From the NCBI RefSeq assembly GCF_006345805.1, contig NC_043001.1, positions 125,798,001 to 125,862,000 on the forward strand: a DNA stretch of 64,000 nucleotides, given 5' to 3'. The position numbers and the translations under genes were made by a program. This document shows positions 51,643 through 64,000 of the stretch, piece after piece (positions within the stretch are counted from its first letter, which is position 1; every line of letters starts with the position of its first letter). This DNA is from Octopus sinensis (lineage: Eukaryota). The notes beneath the pieces are model-generated. The model ran no database searches. It was not told the origin of the DNA and was given only the letters and a program-made list of their open reading frames with translations.

Positions 51643-51900
51643 TCATCATCATTGTTCGACCGTGGTCGAGACAATGGAATTTACCATGCTACGCCAGACT
51701 TCACGGTCCATCATAGCATTATGGAGGTCCTGTTGCTGGATGCCTGTATCCCTGGAGATTAGATCAGGGTAGGAGAGTGTGCGCCCTCTGGTATTGTGAG
51801 TAGATGGCTTCCAGAGGAGAAGAGTAGAAATTGCCTCGTTTTCGAAAACGAACACTAACAAGATGACTTGCTGTAGATATATTTCTGATTGACGAAACGG
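51643..51900 (-). mobile_element. RTE-type LINE 3' fragment
   Basis: LLLWKP...RGR.LSYPDLISRDTG.....AMMDREVWRS, with a (GAT)n tail. Confidence 0.65.
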
Positions 51901-52963
51901 ATAGCATATTCTTTTCTTTATTCTTTTCTTTTACTTGTTTCAGTCATTTGACTGCGGCCATGCTGCAGCACCGCCTTTTTAGTTGAGCAAATCGACCCCG
52001 GGACTTATTCTTTGTAAGCCCAGTACTTATTCTATCGGTCTCTTTTGCCAAACCGCTAAGTGACGGGGACGTAAACACACCAGCATCGGTTGTCAAGCAA
52101 TGCTAGGGGGACAAACACAGACATACACACACATGTACGCATATATATATATACATATATACGACAGGCTTCTTTCAGTTTCCGTCTACCAAATCCACTC
52201 ACAAGGCATTGGTCGGCCCGGGGCTATAGCAGAAGACACTTGCCCAAGATGCCATGCAGTGGGACTGAACCCGGAACTGTGTGGTTGGTTAGCAAGCTAC
52301 TTACCACACAGCCACTCCTGCGCCTATATGCAAAGGTAATCAGACAAATAACTAAGCCAATCTTACAGACTTGTTCTTCTAGATATATTATTCCTCTACT
52401 GAGTAGGATGATAACTACACACTAAGAAATAGTGATGAATGATATGAGATGCAGGATGACAGTGCGCTGCACTCTCTACTACCCAGTCTATTATTGCACA
52501 CCTATAGATGCTGGTGATAATGTCCACAGTGAGGTCAGACAAGGTGAATTTAGTAAGAGAGTAACAGTTGCTTCTTATTATTGATTGACTAGACTTCAAT
52601 GAACACCATTAATACTACTGCTAACTTCAGAAGCTGATTGGGTATCTAACTAATTAACCAATATCTTAATGTTATCATCATAAGAAACAGTAATAAGAGA
52701 TATGAGGAAGGAACGAGTACCAAAACTGAGTGAATACCCAAACCAGATACATACTCAAACTGGGGTGTGTGACAAAAACCAGGTAATAAACTGGCTGGAT
52801 AAGCAAACTGAAGGAGTAATCAAAGTGGGAGAATACCAAAACTGAGTAACTGAATTGAATAAGTAACAAAAAATGAATGAGTAATTTAACTGAAAGAGTA
52901 CCAAAAACTAGATGAACACCATAAATCAATTGTTTGATGAAGTTGAAAAACTTTCTCCTTTAC

Positions 52964-53080
52964 CTGTAATAATGCAATGCCTACAAGTACTCCTGCTACA
53001 GGAATGAGGTTAGCTTCTAACCATTGTTCACCAGCTGGGATACAACCCAAAGTCCAAATTATTCGATCTTTATCAATCTC
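52964..53080 (-). CDS. Tetraspanin exon (EC2 end and TM4), EIDKDRIIWTLGCIPAGEQWLEANLIPVAGVLVGIALLQ
   Basis: Long pyrimidine tract with tgtag acceptor, gtaaag donor, 117 nt, phase 0-0. GC..WL..NL..VAG...IALLQ pattern. Confidence 0.93.
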
Positions 53081-53900
53081 CTACAAAAAAATGGAAAAAC
53101 ATAAAAATTAAACAGGCAAAGCAAAATGGATACAAAATTATTAACAATCTCGGCTGAATTGTGTCCACTCTTTAACTCTACTACAACAATAGTTTCCGTT
53201 CTTCTGGAGTTGCTGTTCTGTTTATCAGCATCACCTCTGTAACACAAATTAATGAGAGAATGTTTACATGGTTACTGGACTTGCAAGAAATAACGGCCAA
53301 ATCTCCCTCAAATCCCACCCTAGAATCTAAAAACTGTGACTGTAAGTCGGCAAATAATCGTCTCAGATGCATCATCATCATCGTGGTTTTTACTTCTGCT
53401 TTTTCCTTGCAAGCATGGGCTAGATGAGACTGCTTGAGACAATATCTATTAGCATGGTGCACTTCCTTACGCTAACCATTTATTTCTAAGCTAAGTATTT
53501 TATTCCATGTATTCATATATTGAACCCCTTGAGCTGCCAGGACTTTTTTTGTTTAAATTAGACACAAACAATGACATCACTGTGCAAGTGGTATCAATGC
53601 AAAGACATGCAGTGACATATACACACATTTGTTTGTCTTACATCGGTTTTTCTATACTGGCCAGACACTCTTCCTATCACTAACATTTACCTATTTTTCA
53701 GGTATACTCTTTTACTTGTTTCAGTCATTTGACTGCAGCCATGCTGGAGCACCACCTTTAGTCGAGCAAATCGACACCGGGACTTATTCTTTGTAAGCCC
53801 AGTACTTATTCTATCGGTCTCTTTTTGCCGAACCGCTAAGTGACGGGGATGGAAACACACCAGCATCGGTTGTCAAGCAATGCTAGGGGGACAAACACAG

Positions 53901-53951
<51 letters not shown>

Positions 53952-54734
53952 CATATATACGACAGGCTTCTTTCAGTTTCCGTCTACCAAATCCACTCAC
54001 AAGGCATTGGTCGGCCCGGGGCTATAGCAGAAGACACTTGCCCCACTTACTTTAAAAAGCACAGAGCTAGAATATTGTTTTTTTGTTTTGACAAGGAATG
54101 CCAACAAACAACATTATCTTCAGCTAAACCATCTCATCATCATTTTAACGTCCACTTTTCCATGCTTACATGGGTTAGACAGAGTTTACTGAGGCAGGTT
54201 TTCAATAGCGGAATGCTCTTCTTGTTACCAAACAAGGCAATATTTTCCCCTTGGCCAAAGATGTTTTGCCACCAATAGAATTGCACTCACAAGGCATTGG
54301 TATCAGAATACACTTGCCCAAGCTGCCACACTCTCTAAAAGATAAATATCAGCTATGTACTGAGATCAATTTGCTTCACTATTACTAAATCCATTACCTG
54401 AAGTAGTGCTTTGAGAGAAAACTTTTGAGGGAAAGAAATGGAGAAAATATGAGGGAATGCAGCATGCACCTTATATGACTACATAGAGTCATTATAGAAA
54501 TTTCTTCAGTTTATATTCAACACAATGAAGTAATGTCACAGTCTTCAATTAGAAGAAATCAGAGACTAGAACCAAATACAAAAGCAGTGTATGTTTCTGT
54601 GCTTTGGAGTGAAAAACAGAGCAATGAATACTGCTTCTATTTTCATGTACATGCTAACAATACAGACTCCTATCACCAGCTTACCAATTCTATCTAAAGA
54701 ACTTTAATAACACACACACACACATATATATATA

Positions 54735-55765
54735 CAGGGTGTAATGAATATATTGTTTAAATTACGCAAAAATGAAAATAACATTGACATATCATTTTAA
54801 CAGATATGTTTACCAAAATTACATAAAAAATATCTTGAAATACTAAAGAGTAAATTTATTCAATAAAATTGCCATTGGCTTCAACCACAGCCTCCGAACA
54901 CTTTGGAATCTCCTGCAACTCTTCTGGACAGTCTTCTTGTTTAACCCTTTAGCATTTAAACTGGCCATATCCGGCCAAAAGTATTCTGCCTGTTTTATGC
55001 TCGGACTGGCCAGATCTGGTCTCTCACACCAACCCTACAATATCGTTTTGAAAATTAACAACTACCTCATCAAAATCTCATAGCACCAAGATTAATGCCT
55101 GATTAGTTAAAGGCAATGTGGATAAAAAAGGATTAATTTTGGCAGAATAATGCAAACACTAAAGGGTTAAGCTGGTGAATGCTGCCATAATCCATGCTTT
55201 CTGTTCATCTTTGGTGTTAGAAGGGGTTTTATTGGTCTTTCACACAGCATAATAATCTGGGGAGTTAGGTGGCCAGACGTTAGGGGTGATGTGGTCATAG
55301 AAATTGTCTGATGGCCATGACTGGGTTCTCCTGCTTGTGGGGCATGGTGTAGAGTCCTATTGCAAGACACTGGAGTCTTCCAGCAGCCACCCTCTGGACC
55401 ACGGGCAGCATTATCTCCTCCAGGCACTTGATGTAGGCCTCCATGTTGAGTCTGAGGCCATGTGGGAAGATGAATGGAGGCAAAATGTTGCCATCACTAG
55501 TGTTTGATTTTTATCACTCTTGGTACACAGTGGTTCTGTGTGTTCACCATCTGTTCATAATGGAGCTTCCGATATGAATGACAAGCAGTACAGCATGTCA
55601 TTTCCAAATTTCTGACAGAGTGATTCTGCATCATGGTGCTGTTTTTCTCACAGAAGGTGCCCAACTGACCCTACTATACTGTGTAGTTGGCAAAATCAAA
55701 AACAAACAATGCACATGAGCAAAATTGAAAATATAAAATGGTGACAATTTACCCATCGCACCCTG
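54735..55765 (-). mobile_element. Decayed Tc1/mariner transposon (maT/DD37D-like), interrupted by a MITE
   Basis: TA-flanked TIRs CAGGGTG...CACCCTG. Remnants MPPFIFPHGLRLN, YIKCLEE and WPPNSPD-like text on the minus strand. Confidence 0.8.
54945..55166. mobile_element. piggyBac-type MITE nested in the Tc1/maT element
   Basis: TTAA TSD and CCCTTTAG TIRs. Confidence 0.82.
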
Positions 55766-56407
55766 TATATATAGATGGAGTTTGAAGCTTATGAAGTTAA
55801 AAGGAAACAATTTTGCTCTGAATTCACATTGTGCTTGTATTTTGTTTTGTATTTTATTTTTTTGACATATTTAATTTATTTATTGTACAGCTACAACAAA
55901 GATTATAGTCAATCAGTTGAACAACATGATCTGGCACTGCACTCCACTATTGACCAAGAACTATTGAAATGTTTTAGCAAGGTTTTTTTTCTTAAACAAG
56001 GGATATAACTCTACTTGCCTTAGTCAACAGAGAGATGGATACAGAAAATACCCCCCCACCACCACCACCACTTTCTCCTAACCAAGCTTCTTCTAACAAT
56101 ACTTATTTCAAGAACTACAAGAAAATACAGTATTTATTTCACATACGAGTAAAAGTGGTTGTGATGGTGGTGGCTATAATGATGATATTTTCAGTTGAAA
56201 TATTCTAAATCAATGACTAATTAACCCTATTGACTTCAATTAGGTGAATTTTCTCTTCGGGCCTTACTCAAGGAAGTTAATGCATTTAAAGTGAAATGGC
56301 TGCTTTTGGGGGTAAACTTTATTTACGTTCTACAGCACTGGCCAAATTACCTCTAATTTAACTGCAAAGCTAGTATATGAAATCAAAAACAAAGGAAAAA
56401 TACTTAC

Positions 56408-56458
56408 ATGTTCTGTTTTCATCATATCATAACCACATTGCTTGTTAATTATCACTGA
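56408..56458 (-). CDS. Tetraspanin exon, SVIINKQCGYDMMKTEH
   Basis: ctcttcag acceptor, gtaagt donor, 51 nt, phase 0-0. INxQCGYD motif as in TSPAN5. Confidence 0.9.
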
Positions 56459-56695
56459 CTGAAGAGACAGAATGAAGTAGTTAAACATTAATTAACTGAA
56501 GTATGCTTGATCATTTATATAAGAAATACATTATATGGCAGTGAAACAGGTAACGAGTGAAGATAAACTTGTAGCATTAAAGAATGACATTAAAACCTTT
56601 TGCTACCAAGCCACAAGACCACCCTTCGTGCTAGGATACAAACTTTGTTTTAAAGTTGTCTAAATTAGAACTGTCCATCAGAATTCTATGTTAAA

Positions 56696-56976
56696 CTAGC
56701 AGTATCGCCCGGCGTTGCTCGGGTTTGTAAGGGAAATAAGTATATAAGCATTTTTAGAGAGTTACATTAAAAATGCGGAAAAATTATGGTAAATTTTTTT
56801 TTTAAATCGTAGACTCATCGTAGACGTGCGCTAATACCCAGAAGGGCTCGATATGAATCACGACTATAAGATACCCGCTTTTGGTTAAACTACACCGCAA
56901 AATGTGGGAGTAGTTAGGAATCTAAATCGGAGTAGACAGACACACACACACACAACTTTAGTTTTATATATAAAGA
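56696..56976 (-). mobile_element. Non-autonomous Helitron (same family)
   Basis: TC...CCCGAGCAACGCCGGG..CTAG on the minus strand, inserted between A and T. Confidence 0.8.
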
Positions 56977-57404
56977 TTATGTTCCAAACATTTGTTTAAT
57001 AGTGACAGTTATTCCACTAAATTCTTCTTTCATTATTTGCAATATTAACTGAAACAGCAGCAGTGTATTTTAACAATTCCAGGTCCTTATATTTCTTAAT
57101 TTCTCAAATTCCTTTATAGATATATTTTTATCACTGGGGACACTCAGTCTACAAGTATTTTCTTCCGTCTTTAATGACTGTCTGGTCGATTAGCCTGGAT
57201 CTCGCAACTCCATTGTGTCTATGAATATATTCCTTGTTAGCTATTATTATTTTTTTGTTATTATTATTATTATTATATGAAAACTCACAGCTTATTTTGC
57301 TGGGTATGAAGGAATGTGTCAGCAGTGTCTTTTAACAGAAATATGTAATAAAAGGGTTAAATTAAAATGTTCCATCAAAATTTCTTGCTAATTTATGTTC
57401 CAAA

Positions 57405-57830
57405 CATCATCATCCTCATCGTTTAGCGTCCGCTTTCCATGCTAGCATGGGTTGGACGGTTCAACTGGGGTCTGGGAAGCCCGAAGGCTGCACCAGGCCA
57501 GTCAGGTCTGGCGGTGTTTCTACAGCTGGATGCCCTTCCTAACGCCAACCACTCCATGAGTGTAGTGGGTGCTTTTTATGTGTCACCGACACAGGTGCCA
57601 GACGAGGCTGGCGAATGGCCACGCTCGGATGGTGCTTTTTACATGTCACCGGCACGGAGGGCAGGCGAGGCTGGCACGGCCACAATCGGATGGTGTTTGT
57701 TACGTGCCACCAGCACGGAGGCCAGTCGATGCAGTGCTGACTACGGCCATGTTCGGATGGTTCTCTTATGTGTCACCGGCACTGGTACCACAAACTACAA
57801 ATTCCATTGATGTTGATCGATTTCGATTAA
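57405..57830 (-). mobile_element. Family B copy with internal tandem hairpin modules
   Basis: Repeated GGATGGTG(C/T)TTTT..GT(G/C)CACCGGCAC modules. Confidence 0.8.
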
Positions 57831-58543
57831 TGACAGTTATATTACTAAACTCTTCATAATTTTCAAAATTAATTCAAATAAAAAGCAGTGTATTTCAACA
57901 GAAAGCTGTGTTGGATGTGAAGTTTTAATGAAAGAAAAAGCAACCAGAGAAAATGGTAGGCAATTTAAGACATTGACCAAGTATACCAAAGAGATTACTG
58001 CATCAGATTGGAGACACAATGCAGATGGGTGTTGTACAGGATGAAGAAATATCATAAGTTAGTGTCAGAAATTACATGCTGCAGAAGTGCACCAACTAAG
58101 AAAAATCTGGAAAGAAGTAATTAGGATTGGTCTGAAAATATTAAGTCTCACAGACAAGCAAAGCATTTTTGTGGCAGGTTGATAGAAAAAGGTCAGGTTT
58201 AGGTAGGATTTTTCTTTGTTTTTTTATTATTACCATTTAGAGAGAAGAAAAAAGCAGTGCATTCACAAATCCAGTGAGATTGGGAAAGCTGATGTAAATA
58301 CTGCCACGCCTATGTGTTTGCTCTGTGTTTTTAAACTATAAATTGAATATATTTGATATTTTATGTATTTAAGGCGCAGGAGTGGCTGTGTGGTAAGTAG
58401 CTTGCTAGCCAACCACATGGTTCCGGGTTCAGTCCCACTGCGTGGCACCTTGGGCAAGTGTCTTCTGCTATAGCCCCGGGCCGACCAATGCCTTGTGAGT
58501 GGATTTGGTAGATGGAAACTGAAAGAAGGCCGTCGTTTTTATG

Positions 58544-58578
<35 letters not shown>

Positions 58579-58991
58579 CTGTGTTTGTCCCCCTAGCATT
58601 GCTTGACAACCGATGCTGGTGTGTTTATGTTCCCGTCACTTAGCGGTTCGGCAAAAGAGACCGATAGAATAAGTACTGGGCTTACAAAGAATAAGTCCCG
58701 GTGTCGATTTGCTCGACTAAAGGCGGTGCTCCAGCATGGCCGCAGTCAAATGACTGAAACAAGTAAAAGAGTAAAGAGTAAAGAGAAAGGTATTATAAAA
58801 TAAAAACAGAAAGAAAAGGAAAGAAAAAGTACATTGGGGAATGGAATGTTCATTTCAAGGTGAAATTAATTCAATTTTCACATTTACTGATAACAATCTA
58901 GATTAACTTTTAAGATGTTGTAAATAGGATATATATAGGATTGGCACACAAATTTTATAAGAATGTACACCACTACAATGTATCCAGGTAT

Positions 58992-59371
58992 GGAAGCACT
59001 CCGTCGGTTACGACGACGAGGGTTCCGGTTGATCCGATCAACGGAACAGCCTGCTCGTGAAATTAACGTGTAAGTGGCTGAGCACTCCACAGACACGTGT
59101 ACCCTTAATGTAGTTCTCGGGGATATTCAGCGTGACACAGAGAGTGACAAGGCCGGCCCTTTGAAATACAGGTACAACAGAAACAGGAAGTAAGAGTGAG
59201 AGAAAGTTGTGGTGAAAGAGTACAGCAGGGATCACCACCATCCCTGCCGGAGCCTCGTGGAGCTTTAGGTGTTTTCGCTCAATAAACACTCACAACGCCC
59301 GGTCTGGGAATCGAAACCGCGATCCTACGACCGCGATTCCGCTGCCCTAACCACTGGGCCATTGCGCCTCC
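58992..59371 (-). mobile_element. SINE family A, long tail
   Basis: TSD ATCCAGGTAT (58982-91 and 59372-81). Confidence 0.9.
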
Positions 59372-59583
59372 ATCCAGGTATATATGGTATTGGAGTAGCA
59401 GCTCAAAGTTCTTAAGTTCAAACCCAGTGTCTACATGGGTTTTATTTTGCATGCCTCATTCAATTCACTTTGCTGGCACCATGATACCAGACTACTTGGA
59501 TGAATTATTTGCAACACATTTATGCCTTACAAAAGAGGAAATTTACCACTTGAACCAATGAAGAAACCTCTATACTTCCTTAA

Positions 59584-59804
59584 CCCTTTCATTACCATAT
59601 TTATTTTGAGATGCTCTGTGTTTCTTTCAATTACTTTAAATATAACAAAGAAATTATTAAAATAACTAAGTTGTCATTCAGCTAGTGTTAGGAACATAAA
59701 TTGTGACAAAGGTTTGGTGGAAGATTTTCATTCAGAACTTATGAAAACAAGACATTTGTACTAGAGAGCCAGAGCCGGTTTCAGCCGGGTTGATATCAAA
59801 AGGG
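59584..59804. mobile_element. piggyBac-type MITE (subfamily 2)
   Basis: TTAA TSD and CCCTTT TIRs. Confidence 0.8.
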
Positions 59805-60036
59805 TTAAACTTCTAAAAATAGTAGTTAAATTTCTCTGAAATCACAACCTAGTATTATTAATGGTCAGATATCTACTCCATCAGAGCTGAGCTGTGGCTA
59901 AACAACAGCAAACAATGATAAAGTTGACAGCACACTAGACCAGAGTGAAAAACATATTTGAAACAATGGATTAATCCCAATACTAATGGTTTATTGCCCA
60001 AAATGACAGAAAAAACAGAAACTTTAATCTGCTACA

Positions 60037-60071
<35 letters not shown>

Positions 60072-60074
<3 letters not shown>

Positions 60075-60458
60075 TTATATATAAAAGTAAGGTTGTGTGT
60101 CTGTCTCCTATGATTTAGATTCCTAACTACTCCCACATTTTGCGGTGCAGTTTAACCAAAACTGGGTATCTTATAGTTGTGATTCATATCGAGCCCTTCT
60201 GGGTATTAGCGCGCATCTACGATGAGTCTATGATTTAAAAAAAAAATTACCATCATTTTTTTCCATTTTAATGCATTTTTTCGCTATTATATAAGGGAAG
60301 TAACTTTCTAAAAATGTCTACGATGAGTCAACGATTTAAAAAAAAAAATTTACCATCATTTTTTTTCCATTTTTAATGCATCTTTTGGCTATAACTCTAA
60401 AAATGCTTATATAGTTATTTCCCTTACAAACCCGAGCAACGCCGGGCGATACTGCTAG
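60072..60458 (+). mobile_element. Non-autonomous Helitron (same family, internal ~100-bp duplication)
   Basis: TC start in a (TA)n tract, hairpin and CTAG end. TACGATGAGTC...CATTTT block is repeated at about 60218 and 60319. Confidence 0.8.
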
Positions 60459-61143
60459 TATATATATATATTAGTTATGGCTGGTTTATGGGGTTAATCT
60501 CATAAACCAGTTTATGAGGTTACTCCATAAACCAGTCATAACTATCTTTATCTAAATACTCACCTGCTCTCTAACTTAGCATACTTCTCTTTTGGACTTA
60601 TGACTTACTGACAATATATATATATGTATCAACTGTCATTTTAATGACCATTTTCCATGCTTGCACAGGCCAGATGGAGTTTATTGAGGCAAATTTTCTA
60701 CTAATGCCAATTTTCATCAGTTTGTTTTGATAAGCTGCATATCCATTTGAAGCCACAGTCAAAATTATAATAAACATTAGATTCAGCATTTGTATAAAAT
60801 CCTTTACTCAATCAATTCTTGCTGATTTGTATCCACATACACACTTATTTGTCACACTATATGGGGCTAGTGGAGTGGCAGACTTAATGCCTTGAGGTAT
60901 TCATTTAAATTCCTTTATATTTTGCATTAAAATCACCTGGCTCTGAGAGTGTCATTAGAAGAGAGTCTAAGCATTTGAAACAGGTCCTTAGTCTCAAGGA
61001 TAACTCCCTTCTTTCGCAGATTCATAAAAATAAAGGGGTTCAATCAAATGATTATATACATTTCTGATAAATGCGTGGCCTTGTGCCAAAATCAGAAACT
61101 GCTACATACACACACACACAAAGTAAAGCTTCCTCTGACCTAC

Positions 61144-61260
61144 CTCTGTGGGTTTACAGCAAGAAAAAGGAACTCCACAAGCTTCTCTGCCAGGTGAAGA
61201 ACAATTGAAATACATGTTAAGTTCCCAATCCTTATATGTCTCAACTCCACAGCATTGTAG
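61144..61260 (-). CDS. TspanC8-type tetraspanin exon (large extracellular loop), [39 protein letters not shown]
   Basis: tttcag acceptor, gtaggt donor, 117 nt, phase 0-0. CCG, DWxxNxYFNC and CGVPFSCC motifs of the TSPAN5/14/17/33 group. Upstream exons lie beyond the window. Confidence 0.93.
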
Positions 61261-61559
61261 CTGAAATGATAAATTGTAATGGATAAGTTAGAAAGACAAA
61301 AAGAGAAAAATAAAACAAAGCTGCAAATAAAATTGTAGTACAAACTGAAGTACCTTACAACACAGTTTAAACTATTGTTCTCAATCTGAGAATCTGTGGT
61401 GGTGGAGGAGAACAAGGGGTCAATTTTTTTATGCCCAATTGTTACCCCGTGCTGGCATGGATGAGATGAAACTTTATTAAGATGGATTTTTTTATGGCTG
61501 TGTGCTTTTCCTGTTGCCAACCCTAAGCAAGTTATAAACAGTAGCTACAACACATCGTG

Positions 61560-61906
61560 ATGTATATTTGCCATTTAAATATGGCTAACTCCTAAGGGTG
61601 GATGCTACTGTAGTTTGCAGCCTCAGGAGGACACCTCCTCCACAGCTAGGAATATTTGCCATTTAAATATGGCTAACCCCTAAGGGTGGATGCTACTGTA
61701 GTTTGTAGCCCCAGGAGGACACCTCCTCCACAGCTAGGAATATTTGCCATTTAAATATGGCTAACCCCCAAGGGTGGATGCTACTGTAGTTTGTAGCCCC
61801 AGGAGGACACCTCCTCCACGGCTGGAGGAGGTGTCCTCCTGGGGCTACAAACTACAGTAGCATCCACCCTTAGGGGTTAGCCATATTTAAATGGCAAATA
61901 TACGTC
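61560..61906. repeat. Three 88-bp tandem units followed by one inverted unit
   Basis: TATTTGCC recurs at 61565, 61653 and 61741. The inverted unit spans about 61823-61906. Confidence 0.92.
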
Positions 61907-63262
61907 ACAACCCTAACAAGGTTTTTGAAGTAAGGTACTTTTTTCAATCCCACTAGTTGTGACATGACCGCTGAATGATAGAGTATTTTTCTCACTTGCA
62001 AAAGTAAATGTTACTGCCTTTCACTTAGAAGGTGTTAATGGCAGCATGCTGAATTGACATATACACATACATGTATGAAGGTGTGTGGCCTGGTCATTAG
62101 GGCATTGCATTCATGATTGTAAGATTGTGGTTTTAATTCCCATGCCGGATGTTGTGTTGTGTTCTTGAGCAAAAGACACTCCATTTCCTGTTGCCCCAGT
62201 CCATTCAGCTGAAAATAGCTAGCAAATTAACCCTGCAATCAATGGACTGGCATTGCGTTCAGGGAGAAGTATTGCAATCTCAATCACTTACACACCATGG
62301 GAACCAGGTTAAGCTTTGACCTTATGGGTCCCAAGGCTGATGGCAAACCTAAGAACTCCCATAGGCGCAGGAGTGGCTGTGTGGTAAGTAGCTTGTTTAC
62401 CAACCACATGGTTCCGGGTTCAGTCCCACTGCATGGCACCTTGGGCAAATGTCTTCTACTATAGCCTCGGGCCGACCAAAGCCTTGTGAGTGGATTTGGT
62501 AGACGGAAACTGAAAGAAGCCCGTCGTATATATGTATATATATATGTGTGTGTGTGTGTGTTTGTGTGTCTGTGTTTGTCCCTCTAGCATTGCTTGACAA
62601 CCGATGCTGGTGTGTTTATGTCCCCGTTACTTAGCGGTTCGGCAAAAGAGACTGATAGAATAAGTACTGGGCTTACAAAAGAATAAGTCCCGGGGTCGAG
62701 TTGCTCAATTAAAGGCGGTGCTCCAGCATGGCCACAGTCAAATGACTGAAACAAGTAAGAGAGTAAAGAGTAAAGAGTATATAAGGTACATTCCCTTGCA
62801 GTTTCCACCTACCAATTCCACTCACAAGGCATGTGTTGACCAAGGGTTATAGTATCCAGAACCCATAAACATTTCATTCACTAACAATCATAGTGTATAA
62901 AACCATTTAAGGGGGAGTATAGTTAGATATTTTAGATTTTAGATTTTATCTAGTTTCAGCTCACGAGCTGTGGCCATGTGGTAAAAATTATATTAAGTAC
63001 TGTCACTTTGTCAAAATAATTGTAAATTTGAATGAATTCACTTATACTACATTATGTCCACACTTACCGTGTGCCTCTAACCAGTTTGTAACCCCTAGCT
63101 TGACCAAAATTTTGATCTACTGGAAGCTGTCAGTCACTTGCCATATCCTGAATGTCTTGCTTCTCTGGACATTGATGACATGCTAAAGCATTAACGACTA
63201 CCAAGCTAACTTAGTAGAAGCTCACAAGATTACCCTCCAAAAGAATACCCTCCATCAGGCAT

Positions 63263-63755
63263 TTGCCATATCCTGTACGCCTTACTTCCCTGGGCATGGA
63301 CACATTAAAACTCCGACGTTTGGCAGCTGACTTGGCAGACACCCATAAAATTATCAATCATCGTACAAACAATAACTCTGAACACCTTTTCAAACTCCAC
63401 CCATCTAACACCCGTGGACATATTTACAAAGTAAGAAAACAGCACAGCTCCCATAACTTCAGGAAACATTTTTTCACACTGAGAGTTGCTGAAGCATGGA
63501 ACAAACTGCCGGCATCAGTTGTTAGTTGTCGGAGCACTGCATCCTTCAAAACTTCCATGCTTTCTGAGATTCGCCAACACTACACTTGATTTTCTCCTCT
63601 CCATACACACACAAGCATGTATCTGACTCATACATTGTTCGCTTTCCAGACATTTCTACATTACTGCATGTACTTTATATGCACTTTCTGACAAGTTGTG
63701 GTGCACCTGAGCACTGTATACAATAATTTCATTATTATTATATTATTATTATTAT
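63263..63755 (+). mobile_element. CR1-type LINE 3' fragment (same family at 35750-36132+ and about 6085-6365-)
   Basis: LKLRRLAADL...RGHIYKVRK...RKHFFTLRVAEAWNKLP, a shared 3' UTR and an (ATT)n tail. Confidence 0.85.
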
Positions 63756-64000
63756 ATTTCCAACGATAACTTTGGCCACCTCTTTTGAATTTAATATCCC
63801 CACCATCGACGAACACGATTGTAAAATCAAAAAACATAACTTACAGAAACATTTTCTAATGATCAGCATGGAATAAACTACTCCTGTCAAGCTGGCAAGA
63901 CACAACATCCTTAAAATTTCCATGCTTCTTGAAATCCACCAACACTATTTTCTGTACTTTTCCCTCATTATGGCTCTTTCACAGTTCACATGTCTGTTGT

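Noticed and set aside
60520-60610. Minus-strand donor GCAG|GTGAGT near 60563 as an extra tetraspanin exon
   Set aside because: Stops in all frames, and exons 61144-61260 and 56408-56458 already join in frame.
61565-61822. CRISPR-like array
   Set aside because: Whole 88-bp units are repeated with no unique spacers, the context is eukaryotic, and there are no cas genes.
63068-63120. Possible upstream tetraspanin exon (GTAAGT donor at 63067, IKILVKLGVTNWLEAH)
   Set aside because: It ends in phase 1 while the next exon needs phase 0, shows no tetraspanin similarity, and lies beside LINE debris.

Overview
AT-rich, repeat-dense animal genomic DNA. The SINE and microsatellite landscape suggests an octopus-type cephalopod, which is an inference. 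Two intron-split genes converge. The 3' part of CCZ1 (8 exons, + strand, 652-22705) encodes a subunit of the Mon1-Ccz1 Rab7 GEF. The 3' part of a TspanC8-type tetraspanin (4 exons, - strand, 61260-49815) is TSPAN5/14/17/33-like. The rest is mobile DNA: several tRNA-derived SINE families, piggyBac-type TTAA MITEs, non-autonomous Helitrons, decayed mariner and Tc1/maT transposons, and CR1 and RTE LINE fragments. The main discovery is a set of Penelope-like element (PLE) derivatives carrying type I hammerhead ribozyme motifs, none of which appear in the ORF track. They include a tRNA-headed, SINE-like hammerhead element at 3 loci, each with a 5' inverted arm; an apparently intact GUC-cleaving hammerhead at 43523-43605 (-); an A6U-variant hammerhead family; and a hammerhead upstream of an RT-less GIY-YIG endonuclease ORF in an extremely AT-rich island. 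Many fold-back structures share this architecture. All alignments and folds were done by eye and no database searches were run.
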